The notes under the pieces were generated by a model, which worked only from the letters and a program-made list of their open reading frames with translations, made no database searches and was not told the DNA's origin. The translations under genes and the position numbers were made by a program. Of a DNA stretch of 64,000 bases, positions 43,526 through 53,685 are shown in pieces. How positions within the stretch are numbered: the stretch's first letter is position 1; each line of letters starts with the position of its first letter. Origin of the DNA: a virus; the IMG/VR virus record IMGVR_UViG_3300028800_000002, positions 64,001 through 128,000 of that record. One strand, 5' to 3'.

Positions 43526-45274
43526 GTGATCAAGGTCAGCTTATTCCAAGGCAGCGAGGAGTATGGTCCTGCGGCGGTTCCACTGTTTGGAGCCGCCGAT
43601 TCATATTTCGAGAAGACTGCCTCCGCCACCTTGCTTCCTGAGGTCTCCAACTACATTGCGCAGTTGAGGCCGCGCAACGACTCCCAGTACGTGTTGGTCA
43701 ACGCCATGGGCGCCGGTGAGTACTACGGATCGAACATCAATGGAGACCGTTTCGCTGAGGCAGCCCTAATACATTCGCCGGACAACTGGAAGGGTGTGCC
43801 AGTCTTCGACAAAGCCATAGCTGCTCGCTGGGCGTATGGATTTCCTACGTTCTACCGTGCGCACGTGTTCCCTCATCATAGAAACAAGGACGCCGGCAAA
43901 GCCCTTGGCTTCGTGGAGCTGGCAGCGTGGAACAACCACATGAAGCGAGTCGAGCTCGTCACACGGCTCGATCAAGCGTTGTGCAGAAATTTCGGAGGGG
44001 ACAGTATTTGGGACAAGCTCAAGGCAGGGGATTTCCCCGATGTGAGCATGGGTACTAAGGTTCCATTTGACACTTGCTCAATCACGTTGGACCGTGAGTT
44101 GTACCAGCGCGCGTGGGACACTTACAACCCCAGGCGCCACAAGAGCCCTGGTGAGGCCATCCTAGAGTTCCACAAGAAGCTCAAGGAAAAGAACGGCATT
44201 GGCATTCGTGGCCTGAGCATCACGCGTAACGACTACTCAGATTACGCGCGCACACGGATGAATCACATCCTCCCCGACGGGCGCAAAGTCTGGGTGGACA
44301 ACGACTTTCCAGCGTTCTTCGACATCAGCTTCGTGTTCATTGGCGCGGACAAGATCGCCAAGGCGATGTTGAAGATTGCCGATGGTGGTCGTGTTTACAG
44401 CATTGGCTCCGCTGAGCTGGCAGAGAAACTTGGTGCAGTGGCTACGGAGGACATGCTTGAGAAGACTGCTCGTTTGCTCACGCGGTCTGATTTGGGTCTG
44501 CCCCCTCGCGAGAAAGAGGCGATGACCAAAGAGGTTGTGCCAAACCAACTCGCGGGTAAAGCCGTCCCGTTGTTGACCGCGCAGGAGCATGATCTTCCAG
44601 ATGAGGTGCTGCAGATGCTGGGCGCTGCCGGGCTGGATAAGGCCCTGACCACATCTGCCGGGCTTGGCATGGTGCTGCGTCCCCGCGAGTTCCAGCGGGT
44701 GACCCTCATCAGCATGGGGCAGTCAGATTTGGCGGAGCAGCTTGCCTCCATGGACCAACTGTTTCCCAAAGTTGAGGAAAAGTCCGATGTACCGATGGAC
44801 TCGGCTTCTTTTAGCCCCGTTTTGTCGCAGTTGTTGGCCCCTTTGATGGCGGACCGCTCGGCGTTTGGTCCGTTGATTGAGCACCGCGTGGTAATACTTG
44901 TAGGCGCCCCCGCCAAAAGTTCAAAGCCAAGTGCTTCCCATTCCTCGGAACTACTACGTAAGATTGGGGCAGCCTACAACGGTTATCGAGACAGCCTTAT
45001 GCAGTTTGTACCACAAGCGCAGGACTTGATTGAGTCAACAGCACCGCGTAGCGATGTCGTACTCCGCAAGATCGCTAGTGTGTCTGCTGCCGAACTCTTT
45101 ACCCCTTTGTCCTTCCGTTACATGTCGCAGGCGTTCCTCGATGAACTCCCTGTTGGAACTTCAGGACAAGGAGTGGTAAAGCAATCAAGCGACCAGGCTA
45201 TGGCCAGCGTGCAGAGGGCACTCCCCTTGGTGACCACGCGACTAAGTACACCACCAGTTACCACAGGAGTTTGA
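43526..45274 (+). CDS. prohead maturation protease (HK97/herpes-like serine protease fold)
   Basis: His strand VFPHHRNKD...ALG, catalytic Ser DVSMG, terminal strand FDISFVFIGAD..A equivalent to the EvSlV..pAn..A motif; upstream of scaffold and capsid. Confidence 0.75.
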   Translation: MIKVSLFQGSEEYGPAAVPLFGAADSYFEKTASATLLPEVSNYIAQLRPRNDSQYVLVNAMGAGEYYGSNINGDRFAEAALIHSPDNWKGVPVFDKAIAARWAYGFPTFYRAHVFPHHRNKDAGKALGFVELAAWNNHMKRVELVTRLDQALCRNFGGDSIWDKLKAGDFPDVSMGTKVPFDTCSITLDRELYQRAWDTYNPRRHKSPGEAILEFHKKLKEKNGIGIRGLSITRNDYSDYARTRMNHILPDGRKVWVDNDFPAFFDISFVFIGADKIAKAMLKIADGGRVYSIGSAELAEKLGAVATEDMLEKTARLLTRSDLGLPPREKEAMTKEVVPNQLAGKAVPLLTAQEHDLPDEVLQMLGAAGLDKALTTSAGLGMVLRPREFQRVTLISMGQSDLAEQLASMDQLFPKVEEKSDVPMDSASFSPVLSQLLAPLMADRSAFGPLIEHRVVILVGAPAKSSKPSASHSSELLRKIGAAYNGYRDSLMQFVPQAQDLIESTAPRSDVVLRKIASVSAAELFTPLSFRYMSQAFLDELPVGTSGQGVVKQSSDQAMASVQRALPLVTTRLSTPPVTTGV

Positions 45275-45278
45275 CCAC

Positions 45279-46082
45279 ATGTCGTCCATGAGCGCTCTAC
45301 TTGCAGATGTATTCCAAACCAAGACCGCTTCTGCTCACACCGAGGAAGACTTGGTAAAGCAGGCCGATTACGCATTCTTTGGCGCACTATGCCGTCAAGA
45401 AGGCATCGATGTTTCTGCCCTACCGGACGCCAAGGTAGAGGAACTGTTCAAGGTTGCCATGGAGATGAAGGCAGCCTCAGATCACGAGGAAACTGAAACT
45501 CCCAAGGAGGAGAAGATCGAGGAAGCTGCCAAGGAAAAGGCCAAGGAGAAGGAAGCTGCCGCGCGCGCCGAGTATCAAGAGAAGCGTGCTGCTGCCACCA
45601 AGGTCGCTGAGGCTGAGGCGATGGGCCGCATCATGGCGCACGCCTACGTCGATGAGATGAAGAAGATCGCGGAAGCTGCCGAAGAAGCCGAGAAGAACAA
45701 GGACGGCAAGTCTGGGTTCCCGTTCGGTAAGAAAGATGGCAAGAAGGACGACAAAGAGGAGAAGGAGAAGGAAGCTTCTGCTCGCGCCTCTGAGCTGATT
45801 GCTGCTTTTGAGCAGATGAAAACAGCCAGTGCTCCTGCCGCAGGCACCACCACGACCCCGAACTTCGATGAGTTCGCGGCCCTGCAGGCGATTGAACTGC
45901 TCAAGCAAGCCCAGGTCGATGAGGACGTCGCCTATGCTCGAGTCAATGCCGTGCGGACGCTGGGTCTGCCAGAGTCGACGAAGATGGCATCGGCTACGAG
46001 TGAGGCGAAGGCTCTCGAGTATCGCGCCCTTGAGATTTGTGACGCAGCCGGGTTCCAGGTTGACTGGACACAGGTCGCCTAA
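45279..46082 (+). CDS. putative scaffolding protein
   Basis: Directly after the protease; highly charged helical E/K/A sequence with about 12 K-x-A motifs. Confidence 0.55.
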   Translation: MSSMSALLADVFQTKTASAHTEEDLVKQADYAFFGALCRQEGIDVSALPDAKVEELFKVAMEMKAASDHEETETPKEEKIEEAAKEKAKEKEAAARAEYQEKRAAATKVAEAEAMGRIMAHAYVDEMKKIAEAAEEAEKNKDGKSGFPFGKKDGKKDDKEEKEKEASARASELIAAFEQMKTASAPAAGTTTTPNFDEFAALQAIELLKQAQVDEDVAYARVNAVRTLGLPESTKMASATSEAKALEYRALEICDAAGFQVDWTQVA

Positions 46083-46113
46083 CCCACTGGGGATTTTTCG
46101 GAATAGGTAAAAG

Positions 46114-47727
46114 ATGTGCGCATGGGAGTACAAACCGCAGTTCAGGAAGACCGCAGACGCGGTCTCCGTGCCTATCGCCGATTCGACGGTAGGTGCAGCT
46201 GCGACTGCTCCCTTGCCGGAGTTGGCAGTGGGGAACAAGCCCGCGCCCGGTCTAACCGGTCCCAAAGGCTTGGCCCCACGCACCAACTACTCTCGCGTCA
46301 ATTCCGGATCACCACCGCCCGCGGATTTGGGCTCCACTTCTCAGAAGGGGCTGCCGACAGATCCGCAAGGATTTTTGCCACCTAAGGTTGCGCACTACGA
46401 GGTTCCTATGACCGCGATGACCCAACGATATACGATTCAGGACATGATCAAGGCAGCCGCCGCAGGCGCCTCGAGTCAGGTCTCAGTTGCCCTCGAAGGC
46501 ACGAGACAACTCGCCAACTCTGGCGAGAAAGTTGCTTCAGCTACTGCACTAACCCCCAATGGGGAAGAGTCCATTTCGACAGCCTACGTTGAGAAGCTGG
46601 CGGCAGCAGTTGATTACATCATTGAGCTCAGCAAGGAAGCTGAAGAGCCTGGACCCGGTACGGGCCCTAATCCCCTTCAGGTTCTCGAAGCCAAAGCTTC
46701 CAACAATGAGATCGAGGCAGGGCACACGGGAGAGGCAACTCCTGCCCATTTGATTCCTAAGAATCCTGGGTTGCAACGACCCAGCGGAAATGCGCAGGGG
46801 CCGGCGAATGCCCTTGATGACAATGCGTCGTCAATGCTCCCGGCATACCCTGTCAAGCTTAGTTCAGCGGATATTGAATGCCTGCGTAAAGCAGCGGCGG
46901 GAAATCCAGAAGGCCATCACATTCGTCGTGAGATTCTAGGAAACCCCATTTCTTCTGCCATCGAGGCTAAGAAGGGTAAGAAACTGGAGTCTGCAGGCAA
47001 AGCTTGGTGGCACGGGGCTAAGGAAGGTCTCAAAGGCCTTGGCGCTGGTGCAGCTGCAGGAGGCGCCATTGGTGCTGGTGTTGGGGCATTGAAGGGTGGA
47101 CGCGCCGGTGCTGCTCAGGGAGCTGTACACGGTTCGGTGCGGGGCGCGCAGATCGGTGGAGCCGTTGGTGCACTAAAAGGCCGGCACGATACCGAGGCAA
47201 GTCGCATCCATGGGGAGCACAGCAAGCACAAGGAAGCTTCGGCTTCTGACGGTCGCTTGGTAGACTACTTCCTGTCCATGACGAAAGCCGCGGAAGATGC
47301 CATCAACCCAGCAAAGATTTCAGCGGGCGCAGCAGTGCCCCCTGAGACCTCGGCATCGGGTGAATCAGGTGGTGCTCCTGTCGGTGGTCAACCGCAAGGA
47401 CCTGTTGGTTTGATTGGCTCAAATGACGCAGCCATCAACTTTCAGAAGCGTGAAGCTAAAGCGCCGGTGAAAACACAAATGGCTAGGATTCTTACTGAGC
47501 CAGCGCTTTCCGCCGCACATGATCACACACTCGACCAAGCCTTTGACAACACGGGCAAGGCCGGCGTGAAGATTTCATCGTCAGTTCGAGCTCTGTCAGC
47601 TCGAGCCGTCCTCGAGAAGATGGCTGAAGAGGCTTGCGCAACAACACCACCTAAGAAGAAGGTGGGCGCGGGCATGGGGAACTTTCAAGCACCTCCAGTC
47701 GGCGGCGTAGCCGGCGCTGCGTCGTAA
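46114..47727 (+). CDS. putative internal head protein (Pro/Gly/Ala-rich, K-x-A motifs, glycine zipper)
   Basis: RKTAD, PKVAH, EKVAS, EKLAA, KEAS, EKMAE; GLGAGAAAGGAIGAGVGALKGG. Confidence 0.65.
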   Translation: MCAWEYKPQFRKTADAVSVPIADSTVGAAATAPLPELAVGNKPAPGLTGPKGLAPRTNYSRVNSGSPPPADLGSTSQKGLPTDPQGFLPPKVAHYEVPMTAMTQRYTIQDMIKAAAAGASSQVSVALEGTRQLANSGEKVASATALTPNGEESISTAYVEKLAAAVDYIIELSKEAEEPGPGTGPNPLQVLEAKASNNEIEAGHTGEATPAHLIPKNPGLQRPSGNAQGPANALDDNASSMLPAYPVKLSSADIECLRKAAAGNPEGHHIRREILGNPISSAIEAKKGKKLESAGKAWWHGAKEGLKGLGAGAAAGGAIGAGVGALKGGRAGAAQGAVHGSVRGAQIGGAVGALKGRHDTEASRIHGEHSKHKEASASDGRLVDYFLSMTKAAEDAINPAKISAGAAVPPETSASGESGGAPVGGQPQGPVGLIGSNDAAINFQKREAKAPVKTQMARILTEPALSAAHDHTLDQAFDNTGKAGVKISSSVRALSARAVLEKMAEEACATTPPKKKVGAGMGNFQAPPVGGVAGAAS

Positions 47728-47736
47728 TCGGAGACC

Positions 47737-48096
47737 ATGAACATGAAGAAGCTAAGTGCAGCTGATCAGCAGGCGGTCCTTGCGGAGGTCCCCGGTGCCT
47801 TGCGCAAAGTCGCTTTCGAGCGAGATTACTTCCGTGACATCGTTCTTGCGAACGCGTCGCGTCAAAGAATTGAGAAGATTGCTACCTCGATGATCGATAA
47901 AGGGATTCGAGACGGCAATGTTCAAACTGTGGCGGATGATTTGGAGAAGTCGGCGTCAGCCGGCTCCGTCAATATCGATGCCATTGAACAAGCTGTACAG
48001 CTTGTGGGCACGGACATGGGTAAGCAAGCCGCTGTGTCCGATGAGCTCTCTGGTTCCGCAGGGTCTAGCGACCTCGAGCGGTTTTTGCTTGGCTGA
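47737..48096 (+). CDS. small head-associated/scaffold-like protein
   Basis: GGAG SD; RKVAF, EKIAT, EKSAS, GKQAA. Confidence 0.65.
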   Translation: MNMKKLSAADQQAVLAEVPGALRKVAFERDYFRDIVLANASRQRIEKIATSMIDKGIRDGNVQTVADDLEKSASAGSVNIDAIEQAVQLVGTDMGKQAAVSDELSGSAGSSDLERFLLG

Positions 48097-48124
48097 CAGA
48101 GGCTGACAGGAGGAAAGTAGTAAG

Positions 48125-48652
48125 ATGTCGACGATTCAGAAAGTCAATTTTGAACCCGTCAGCGACATTCTGCCCATCTGGAGGAAAGACCTCCCGCTCG
48201 CAGACCAGTCGCTGGCATTGCCCGATAACGCGCTAGCCCTAGTGGATGGCGAATGGCTGACTATCGACACGAACTCAAAGTGGGTTCGAGGCGCGTCAGT
48301 CGCTGCTGCCGGCGTAGCTGCCACCGTTCGAAGCTTCATTTGCTTCAGTGAACGTGGGCGCTCTGACCGCATGGGCATGTCGGAAAAGAAGACCACGGCG
48401 TTGTTCCGCGGTGAATACGAGGGCGAGACTCGGGTCTTTGATGCCTCTGTCACTGTCGGCGCTGGCGCTGCACCCATCACGACCGTCCTGCAACCCCTCA
48501 AGGTTGCCTCGATCACGATTGGTTCACGTGTCTACTGCGGTCTTGTCGGCCATGGTGGGACGAACGACGCAAGCCCGGTCGTGGGCTATGTAACTCGGCT
48601 TCCAGGCAGCAACGGTGGTAAGCTCAGATTCATCTCGGGATACCGCAGCTAA
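48125..48652 (+). CDS. putative capsid decoration protein
   Basis: AGGAGG SD; beta-rich 175 aa immediately upstream of the major capsid gene. Confidence 0.5.
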   Translation: MSTIQKVNFEPVSDILPIWRKDLPLADQSLALPDNALALVDGEWLTIDTNSKWVRGASVAAAGVAATVRSFICFSERGRSDRMGMSEKKTTALFRGEYEGETRVFDASVTVGAGAAPITTVLQPLKVASITIGSRVYCGLVGHGGTNDASPVVGYVTRLPGSNGGKLRFISGYRS

Positions 48653-48706
48653 CCGCTGGAATCCCCCTAGTAATCGAACCAAGAAAAAGTACAAAGGAGA
48701 TTATCC

Positions 48707-49822
48707 ATGTCGGTTTCGGCGAGCGTTCTAAACGAGCTTTTTGCTTCAAAACTCAGCACGAGTGAAGGCAAAGAGAAGATTGCCGAATACGGTGGTTCTT
48801 ACATTCGTGACCGCCTTCGTGAGGTGAGCTTTGCTCGCAAAGTTATCCCGCCGGAGCAGGTTACGCGTGCGGACTGCCAACGTTCGGTAAACCACGACAC
48901 CTTGGTCAAGGTTGTGGACATTGAGCCACAATCGCGCGCCATGGCGATTACATTCCGAGGGCAACCCAATGCTCGCTTCATTCGAGGCGACAGGGCTGAG
49001 ATTGCCTTCTTCACCATCAGCTCTGAGATGTTCCAGAAGACGGAACAGGAGCTCTTGGCTTACGAGATGCCCATCACCAAGGTCATCGAAGAGAACTCGG
49101 TGAAGGACATCCAGGAGATTGAGGATCGTGAATTCACGATCCACATCGAGGCTGCGGTTCAAGCGCTGCAGACTGAGGCCAATGGTGGGACGTCAGTGCC
49201 CCTCCATGTAGGCACCATCGGGTCAACGGTTGAGTTCTCCGTGCGCAAGGGCGAGCTTGCTCGTAATGCGTCCGGGAACACGGCAGAGGTTCTGCCGGTT
49301 CAGCGCCCCGACCTCATCAACCTCTTCAAGATGCTGGACGGCAACCGACTGCGTGCTGAGCGCATGCTCATGACCGAGGTCGATTGGGATGACATTCTGC
49401 AATGGACGGTGGAAGACTTCGGTGACCGCGTTCAGTCTGAGACTACGGTCGATGGCTACAAGTACAATACCCTCCTGGGGCATTCGTACATTCGTACCAT
49501 CAAGACCGACATTCTCCGGCCGGGCAACGTCTACATCTTCACCAAGCCCGAGTTCTTTGGCAAGTTTTACGTGTTGAACAACACGAAGTTCTACATCGAT
49601 AAGATTGCCAACACGATCACGTTCCAGGCCTGGGAAGATATCGGTATGTCGGTGCTCAACATTGCCGCAGTTCGAAAGCTCGAATTGTACTCGGGTGATG
49701 CGACGCTGGGCGATGCAGACGGTCTGCTCACCAACTTCATTCCGAAGGCGGAAGACGCTTTGGGCGCGGTCAACAACCGCGTTTCCGAAGGGCTCAAATT
49801 CCCGCAGGTTTCTCAGTTCTAA
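48707..49822 (+). CDS. major capsid protein (HK97 fold)
   Basis: AAGGAG SD; 371 aa; follows protease, scaffold and decoration genes; followed by a strong terminator; alternating helix/strand pattern consistent with the HK97 fold. Confidence 0.8.
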   Translation: MSVSASVLNELFASKLSTSEGKEKIAEYGGSYIRDRLREVSFARKVIPPEQVTRADCQRSVNHDTLVKVVDIEPQSRAMAITFRGQPNARFIRGDRAEIAFFTISSEMFQKTEQELLAYEMPITKVIEENSVKDIQEIEDREFTIHIEAAVQALQTEANGGTSVPLHVGTIGSTVEFSVRKGELARNASGNTAEVLPVQRPDLINLFKMLDGNRLRAERMLMTEVDWDDILQWTVEDFGDRVQSETTVDGYKYNTLLGHSYIRTIKTDILRPGNVYIFTKPEFFGKFYVLNNTKFYIDKIANTITFQAWEDIGMSVLNIAAVRKLELYSGDATLGDADGLLTNFIPKAEDALGAVNNRVSEGLKFPQVSQF

Positions 49823-49847
49823 GCTGTGCTGTAGCGCAGACACGCGG

Positions 49848-49884
49848 AAGGGCGTCGGTGCCGTGGGCCCGGCGCCCTTTCTTA
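49848..49884 (+). terminator. intrinsic terminator after the capsid gene
   Basis: AAGGGCGTCGG-loop-CCGGCGCCCTT followed by TCTT. Confidence 0.75.
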
Positions 49885-49897
49885 GTTCTGGGAAAGT

Positions 49898-49905
49898 TGT
49901 ATGCT
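49898..49905 (+). promoter_or_regulatory. putative -10 promoter (TGTATGCT)
   Basis: Directly after the capsid terminator; hexamer ends 6 nt before GGAGG (49912). Confidence 0.5.
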
Positions 49906-49921
49906 CGGTGTGGAGGTTCAG

Positions 49922-50851
49922 ATGGCAGATGTGGAAGAGAAGGAAGCCCCTCAAGATGATGTCGGCCTGTTGCAGCGCCCGTGCCTTGAGGAGTTCATAG
50001 CCAGCGGCTATGCGGCAGATCAATACGACATTTACTTCGGTGAGCACTACGGCCCTGGTTGGAGCAACCCTGCTTGGAAGCCTGTGGAGGAATCCGGGCA
50101 CAGGCCTTCAGACATGGGCGCGTTAGCCAAGCTTGTGGAGGACCTAGAGTTACCTCCGATATTTCATGTGCGGAGCCAAGTTCGGAAGGTGGCTACCAGG
50201 ACCCTACGGTCACAGCAACCCACCCGGCATCGGTTCAAGCAGTACCTGTTCAGTGATCCAAGCAAGCGGCTCACACGTGCGCGTCACGTGAATGTGACCG
50301 CGATTGAGCTGGTGCAGAACCTGGACGAGCTCATTGCCCACGAAGGAGTAGGACGTCTTTCTGTGCATACCCCTGATGGGCGCCGCTTGGATTTGGCGCA
50401 GTTGAAGCGCGGCCTGCCTGTCCTGAGCGCACCTGCGGTGACCCCTGCACTCTACAATCGTCGGCTCGATTCCATCGCGCACGACTTACCCTCTGGCATC
50501 CCAATGCCCACCTATATCGACGGAACTTTCCCTGGCGATCCTGCAGCGCAGCGTGCCATGGAACGTATTGCGGCAGAGAAGCGGCACGAGGCTGTGCGGC
50601 AAGGCGCTTCAGTGGAAGAGCCCGCCCCTGTGGAGCCAGTTGCATCTGAGCCTACAGTAGAGGAGCCAACGGCTCCCGTCGCTGAAGTACCTACGGAGGA
50701 ACCTTCAGTAGTCGAGGAGACGTCTGAAATCTCCGAGGTACCTGACACGCAGGATGATGTGGTTGCTGAGGAAGATCCCCCTTCTTCGCCAGCTGTCGAC
50801 CCAGCTGCCAGTCGCTCAAGTTCAACTACACGTAAGAGGCATCGACGCTAA
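49922..50851 (+). CDS. hypothetical protein with acidic Pro/Glu-rich tail
   Basis: Start reassigned to ATG 49922 (GGAGG SD); EEPAPVEPVASEPTVEEPTAP repeats. Confidence 0.65.
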   Translation: MADVEEKEAPQDDVGLLQRPCLEEFIASGYAADQYDIYFGEHYGPGWSNPAWKPVEESGHRPSDMGALAKLVEDLELPPIFHVRSQVRKVATRTLRSQQPTRHRFKQYLFSDPSKRLTRARHVNVTAIELVQNLDELIAHEGVGRLSVHTPDGRRLDLAQLKRGLPVLSAPAVTPALYNRRLDSIAHDLPSGIPMPTYIDGTFPGDPAAQRAMERIAAEKRHEAVRQGASVEEPAPVEPVASEPTVEEPTAPVAEVPTEEPSVVEETSEISEVPDTQDDVVAEEDPPSSPAVDPAASRSSSTTRKRHRR

Positions 50852-51219
50852 TGCGCGTATTCAATCTCACGGATGTTTCAACACCCACGTTAGTGCGCTA
50901 CGGTCTGCTCAATCAGCAGATTGTGGTGCATCGGCGTTCTGTGTCGCCCGGGGAGTATGTCGAAGTAGAGGATACGGTCGACATGCGCACCCGATTGGAG
51001 CACGTGCTGACGTTGGGGGCTGTTTCGATAGACCAACTTCCACCGGCTTATGCGCAGGCCCGTCAGCAACAACAAGCTACACAGCACAGCACCTTTGCTG
51101 GAATTCCAGTGCGCCACGTGGATCTACAGGAAACCAAGGTGGCCGGTACAATCAATCAGCCGCAGCCCTCTTCTGTGGATGCAGCCATAACCCCCATTAG
51201 GAGAAAGGGACGTCCATGA
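50851..51219 (+). CDS. hypothetical protein (122 aa)
   Basis: TAATG coupling to the upstream gene. Confidence 0.6.
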   Translation: MRVFNLTDVSTPTLVRYGLLNQQIVVHRRSVSPGEYVEVEDTVDMRTRLEHVLTLGAVSIDQLPPAYAQARQQQQATQHSTFAGIPVRHVDLQETKVAGTINQPQPSSVDAAITPIRRKGRP

Positions 51220-51734
51220 CGGATGTGAACCGAGACACGTTGCAGGGATTGCCAGGGGTTACGCCGACCTTTAGAGCATTTGTGCAATCTGTTCGGTTGT
51301 ACACGCGTGATTTCCCTGAGCTCAACCGCCTTTTGACGGGCGAGGAATCGACGGACAGGCAAATTGCTTGGTCGGTTCTTGACGCGATGGCGGACTTCAA
51401 TGGAACACCGCACATAACGAGCTATCACTTGGAAGACCTCTTGGGCAGGAGCCAGCAGGCGTTGCTGCTACGCATGACGGTGATCTCGCTTATCGAGCAG
51501 GTAGGTTTGCTTCAGACCAGGAACCACATCAACTATTCGACAGGTGGGATCAACGTCGGCATCAACGACAAGACGCCGCTGCTGATGAATTGGCTGCAGT
51601 ATTACAAGTCGTATACCGACCAGCGCAAGCAACAGGTAAAGGTCGCCCTCAACATTGAGGGTATTCTTGGTCCAACAAACTCTGGAGTTTTCAGCGAGTA
51701 TTGGGCGGTCAACGCGACGTACGCACAGTTCTAA
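51216..51734 (+). CDS. putative head-tail adaptor (neck protein)
   Basis: Helical 172 aa (VRLYTRD...AMADFN...INYSTGGINV...) shortly after the capsid gene. Confidence 0.55.
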   Translation: MTDVNRDTLQGLPGVTPTFRAFVQSVRLYTRDFPELNRLLTGEESTDRQIAWSVLDAMADFNGTPHITSYHLEDLLGRSQQALLLRMTVISLIEQVGLLQTRNHINYSTGGINVGINDKTPLLMNWLQYYKSYTDQRKQQVKVALNIEGILGPTNSGVFSEYWAVNATYAQF

Positions 51735-51742
51735 AGGACGCC

Positions 51743-52213
51743 ATGATTATCATCAATAAGTATGCGACGATGACCGAGGCCAACCACAAGATCCGCGGGG
51801 GCATCGTTGGGGGCGTCCCCTGTAACGTACCCTACGGTGGACTTGTGGGTAAGACGTTGACCTTCAGTAATCCAGTCGGCGGCTCTTGTACTTTCAACCC
51901 TCAGTCAGGGCGAGGTTACGGACAACTGAACTTCGCTGACGTGAAAAGTCAGCTTGAGACGCAAGTCCCAGACATTGAAGTCATTACAATCGACAACAAG
52001 TTTGCGTTACGTCGTAAGACTGTAGGGCAAGTTGTGGCGCTACCAGCCATTGTCGATCCGGCAAACTATGAGGTGGCACGCGCCATCCTTGGCTTTAGCC
52101 CCGGGGAATTGATCTCGGGGCAGTATTTGAACGGTCCTTCGGGGGCAAACCCTAAGTACCTGGAGTTCGTTACCGAGTGCGGAAATGTCTACATTTCCAT
52201 TGAGGTGGACTAA
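51743..52213 (+). CDS. hypothetical virion protein (156 aa)
   Basis: Start ATG 51743 with AAGGA SD; beta-rich. Confidence 0.6.
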   Translation: MIIINKYATMTEANHKIRGGIVGGVPCNVPYGGLVGKTLTFSNPVGGSCTFNPQSGRGYGQLNFADVKSQLETQVPDIEVITIDNKFALRRKTVGQVVALPAIVDPANYEVARAILGFSPGELISGQYLNGPSGANPKYLEFVTECGNVYISIEVD

Positions 52214-53304
52214 TGGACGCGTTTCAACGAGGATTCAGCCGCGGTATTCCTTTGGAGAAGGCAGCATCCTTCTTCGTCGGTATGAAGTCGTGGCAACAGC
52301 CGCGGCCTTCGACATTGGCTGTTGCCAAGCAGGCAGCCGCACAAGTACTAGATTCACCGCTCACGCGCTTTCGGAAGATAGCCTCTGAGAATGAGGAGCC
52401 GGTTCAATCTGGTGCTGCGATGTCGACACCAACCCCTGATGGTGTTCCCGCCCAGGATAACTACCTAGCCAATGAGGCAGCGGGCCTGGAGGCTGAGAAC
52501 ACGGCCTCTGTGCAGTATTACCAAGGGTTGCTCGAGCAACTCCGTGGTGAGTCGGCTGAATCCCAACAGCGTGCAGAGCAGGCAGAGCAGCAAGCACAGC
52601 AGCTCGAGGCAGCGCAAGCAGAGCATGACAGCCAGTTGGCAGCCGCCCAGCAAGAGGGTCAGATTGCCCAGCAGGCGGCCATGCAGCAGGTGCAGAGCGC
52701 CAACATGGCTGCATCCACAGCTATGCAGCAGGCTGTGGACGCCGAGAACCGAGCGTTGCAGGCCAAGACGACTGAGACTTCGGCCAAGATTCAGCAGCAG
52801 CAACTTCGAAGTACTCTCCTCGATTTGGCAGCTCAAGGTCTCCCGGGTACAGAACCCGAGATGGGTGGCGAGGGAAATGCCGCTGAGGGTGTAGCTCCTG
52901 AACAAGTTCCGCAGGCGGGTGCCCCAGCGGATGGTACACAGCCCGGCGCTGAAGGTGGGCAGGAAGCAACGGCTGCTGCAGGCCCTGGCGCTGGTGGTTT
53001 GAATCAGCAAGGGCAACCGGCGAATGCCGAGGGAATGCCCGGGCAAGAGGCGTCGACTGAGACCGCAGGCGCCGCGGCACCCGGGACTCAACCGCAACCA
53101 GCGGGGGACGCCTCCGGTGGATCAGGCGCAGGATCAGGGACGGGACCGCAGTCCAACACTGACGGGCAGCCGTCACAGCCCGAGCAAGATCCCACGGCGA
53201 AGCGACAAGGGCAGGTCTCCATCAAGGTTGGAAGCCCTTCACTCGTTGCATTGATGGATCGCCTGGAGGCTAGCGGATGCCTCCCTTTAGCCCAGGGCAG
53301 GTAA
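52213..53304 (+). CDS. Gln/Ala coiled-coil protein with K-x-A motifs and low-complexity tail
   Basis: EKAAS, AKQAA, RKIAS; QQRAEQAEQQAQQLEAAQ heptads; G/P/Q/A tail. Confidence 0.65.
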   Translation: MDAFQRGFSRGIPLEKAASFFVGMKSWQQPRPSTLAVAKQAAAQVLDSPLTRFRKIASENEEPVQSGAAMSTPTPDGVPAQDNYLANEAAGLEAENTASVQYYQGLLEQLRGESAESQQRAEQAEQQAQQLEAAQAEHDSQLAAAQQEGQIAQQAAMQQVQSANMAASTAMQQAVDAENRALQAKTTETSAKIQQQQLRSTLLDLAAQGLPGTEPEMGGEGNAAEGVAPEQVPQAGAPADGTQPGAEGGQEATAAAGPGAGGLNQQGQPANAEGMPGQEASTETAGAAAPGTQPQPAGDASGGSGAGSGTGPQSNTDGQPSQPEQDPTAKRQGQVSIKVGSPSLVALMDRLEASGCLPLAQGR

Positions 53305-53663
53305 AAGCTGCCGGGCTTGCTCAGTATGCGAAGGACCCTCGAGTTATCGGGGGTCTGATCGGCGGTGGTTTAGGAGCAGGCCTGACCGCTTACGAAGCGT
53401 CTGGACGAGGGCCCGACCTGGACAAGTACCGACAGAGAATTGACCAGAAGGTGGAGAGGATGCAGCAGCCCGGCGTGCGTAACTTCGCGCGTGCAATGGA
53501 CATCTCTACCGACCGTTCATTGCTGACCGCGGGGGAAGCCGTGCAGGCGCACCCAGTTCTTTCCACGCTGGCCGCGGGAACCATGGGCGCCATCACCGGC
53601 GCCACCGCTGGGCCTGAGCTTGTACAATTGCTGCGCGAAGCGGCGTCGAGTTACCGGGGTTGA
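53277..53663 (+). CDS. small membrane-like virion protein
   Basis: GGAGG SD; VKAAG, then two GxxxG hydrophobic segments. Confidence 0.6.
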   Translation: MPPFSPGQVKAAGLAQYAKDPRVIGGLIGGGLGAGLTAYEASGRGPDLDKYRQRIDQKVERMQQPGVRNFARAMDISTDRSLLTAGEAVQAHPVLSTLAAGTMGAITGATAGPELVQLLREAASSYRG

Positions 53664-53685
53664 CCCTTTATTTTAGGAGAGCGTC

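Noticed and set aside
48091-48110. Tandem 10-mer GGCTGACAG(A/G)
   Set aside because: Only two copies, overlapping a stop codon and an SD; no evident function
46083-48706. Complementary GGGGATT (about 46090) and AATCCCC (about 48659) as long-range pairing
   Set aside because: A 7-bp match over 2.5 kb is expected by chance
4417-50101. Long alternative-frame ORFs (e.g. 4417-5139 +, 12034-12825 +, 20273-21073 -, 45477-46286 -, 49223-50101 -)
   Set aside because: They are antisense shadows of well-supported genes, lack SD or motifs, and are expected in GC-rich coding DNA
53277-53304. Overlap of ORFs 52213 and 53277 as a frameshift fusion
   Set aside because: The downstream ORF has its own GGAGG SD 7 nt before ATG 53277
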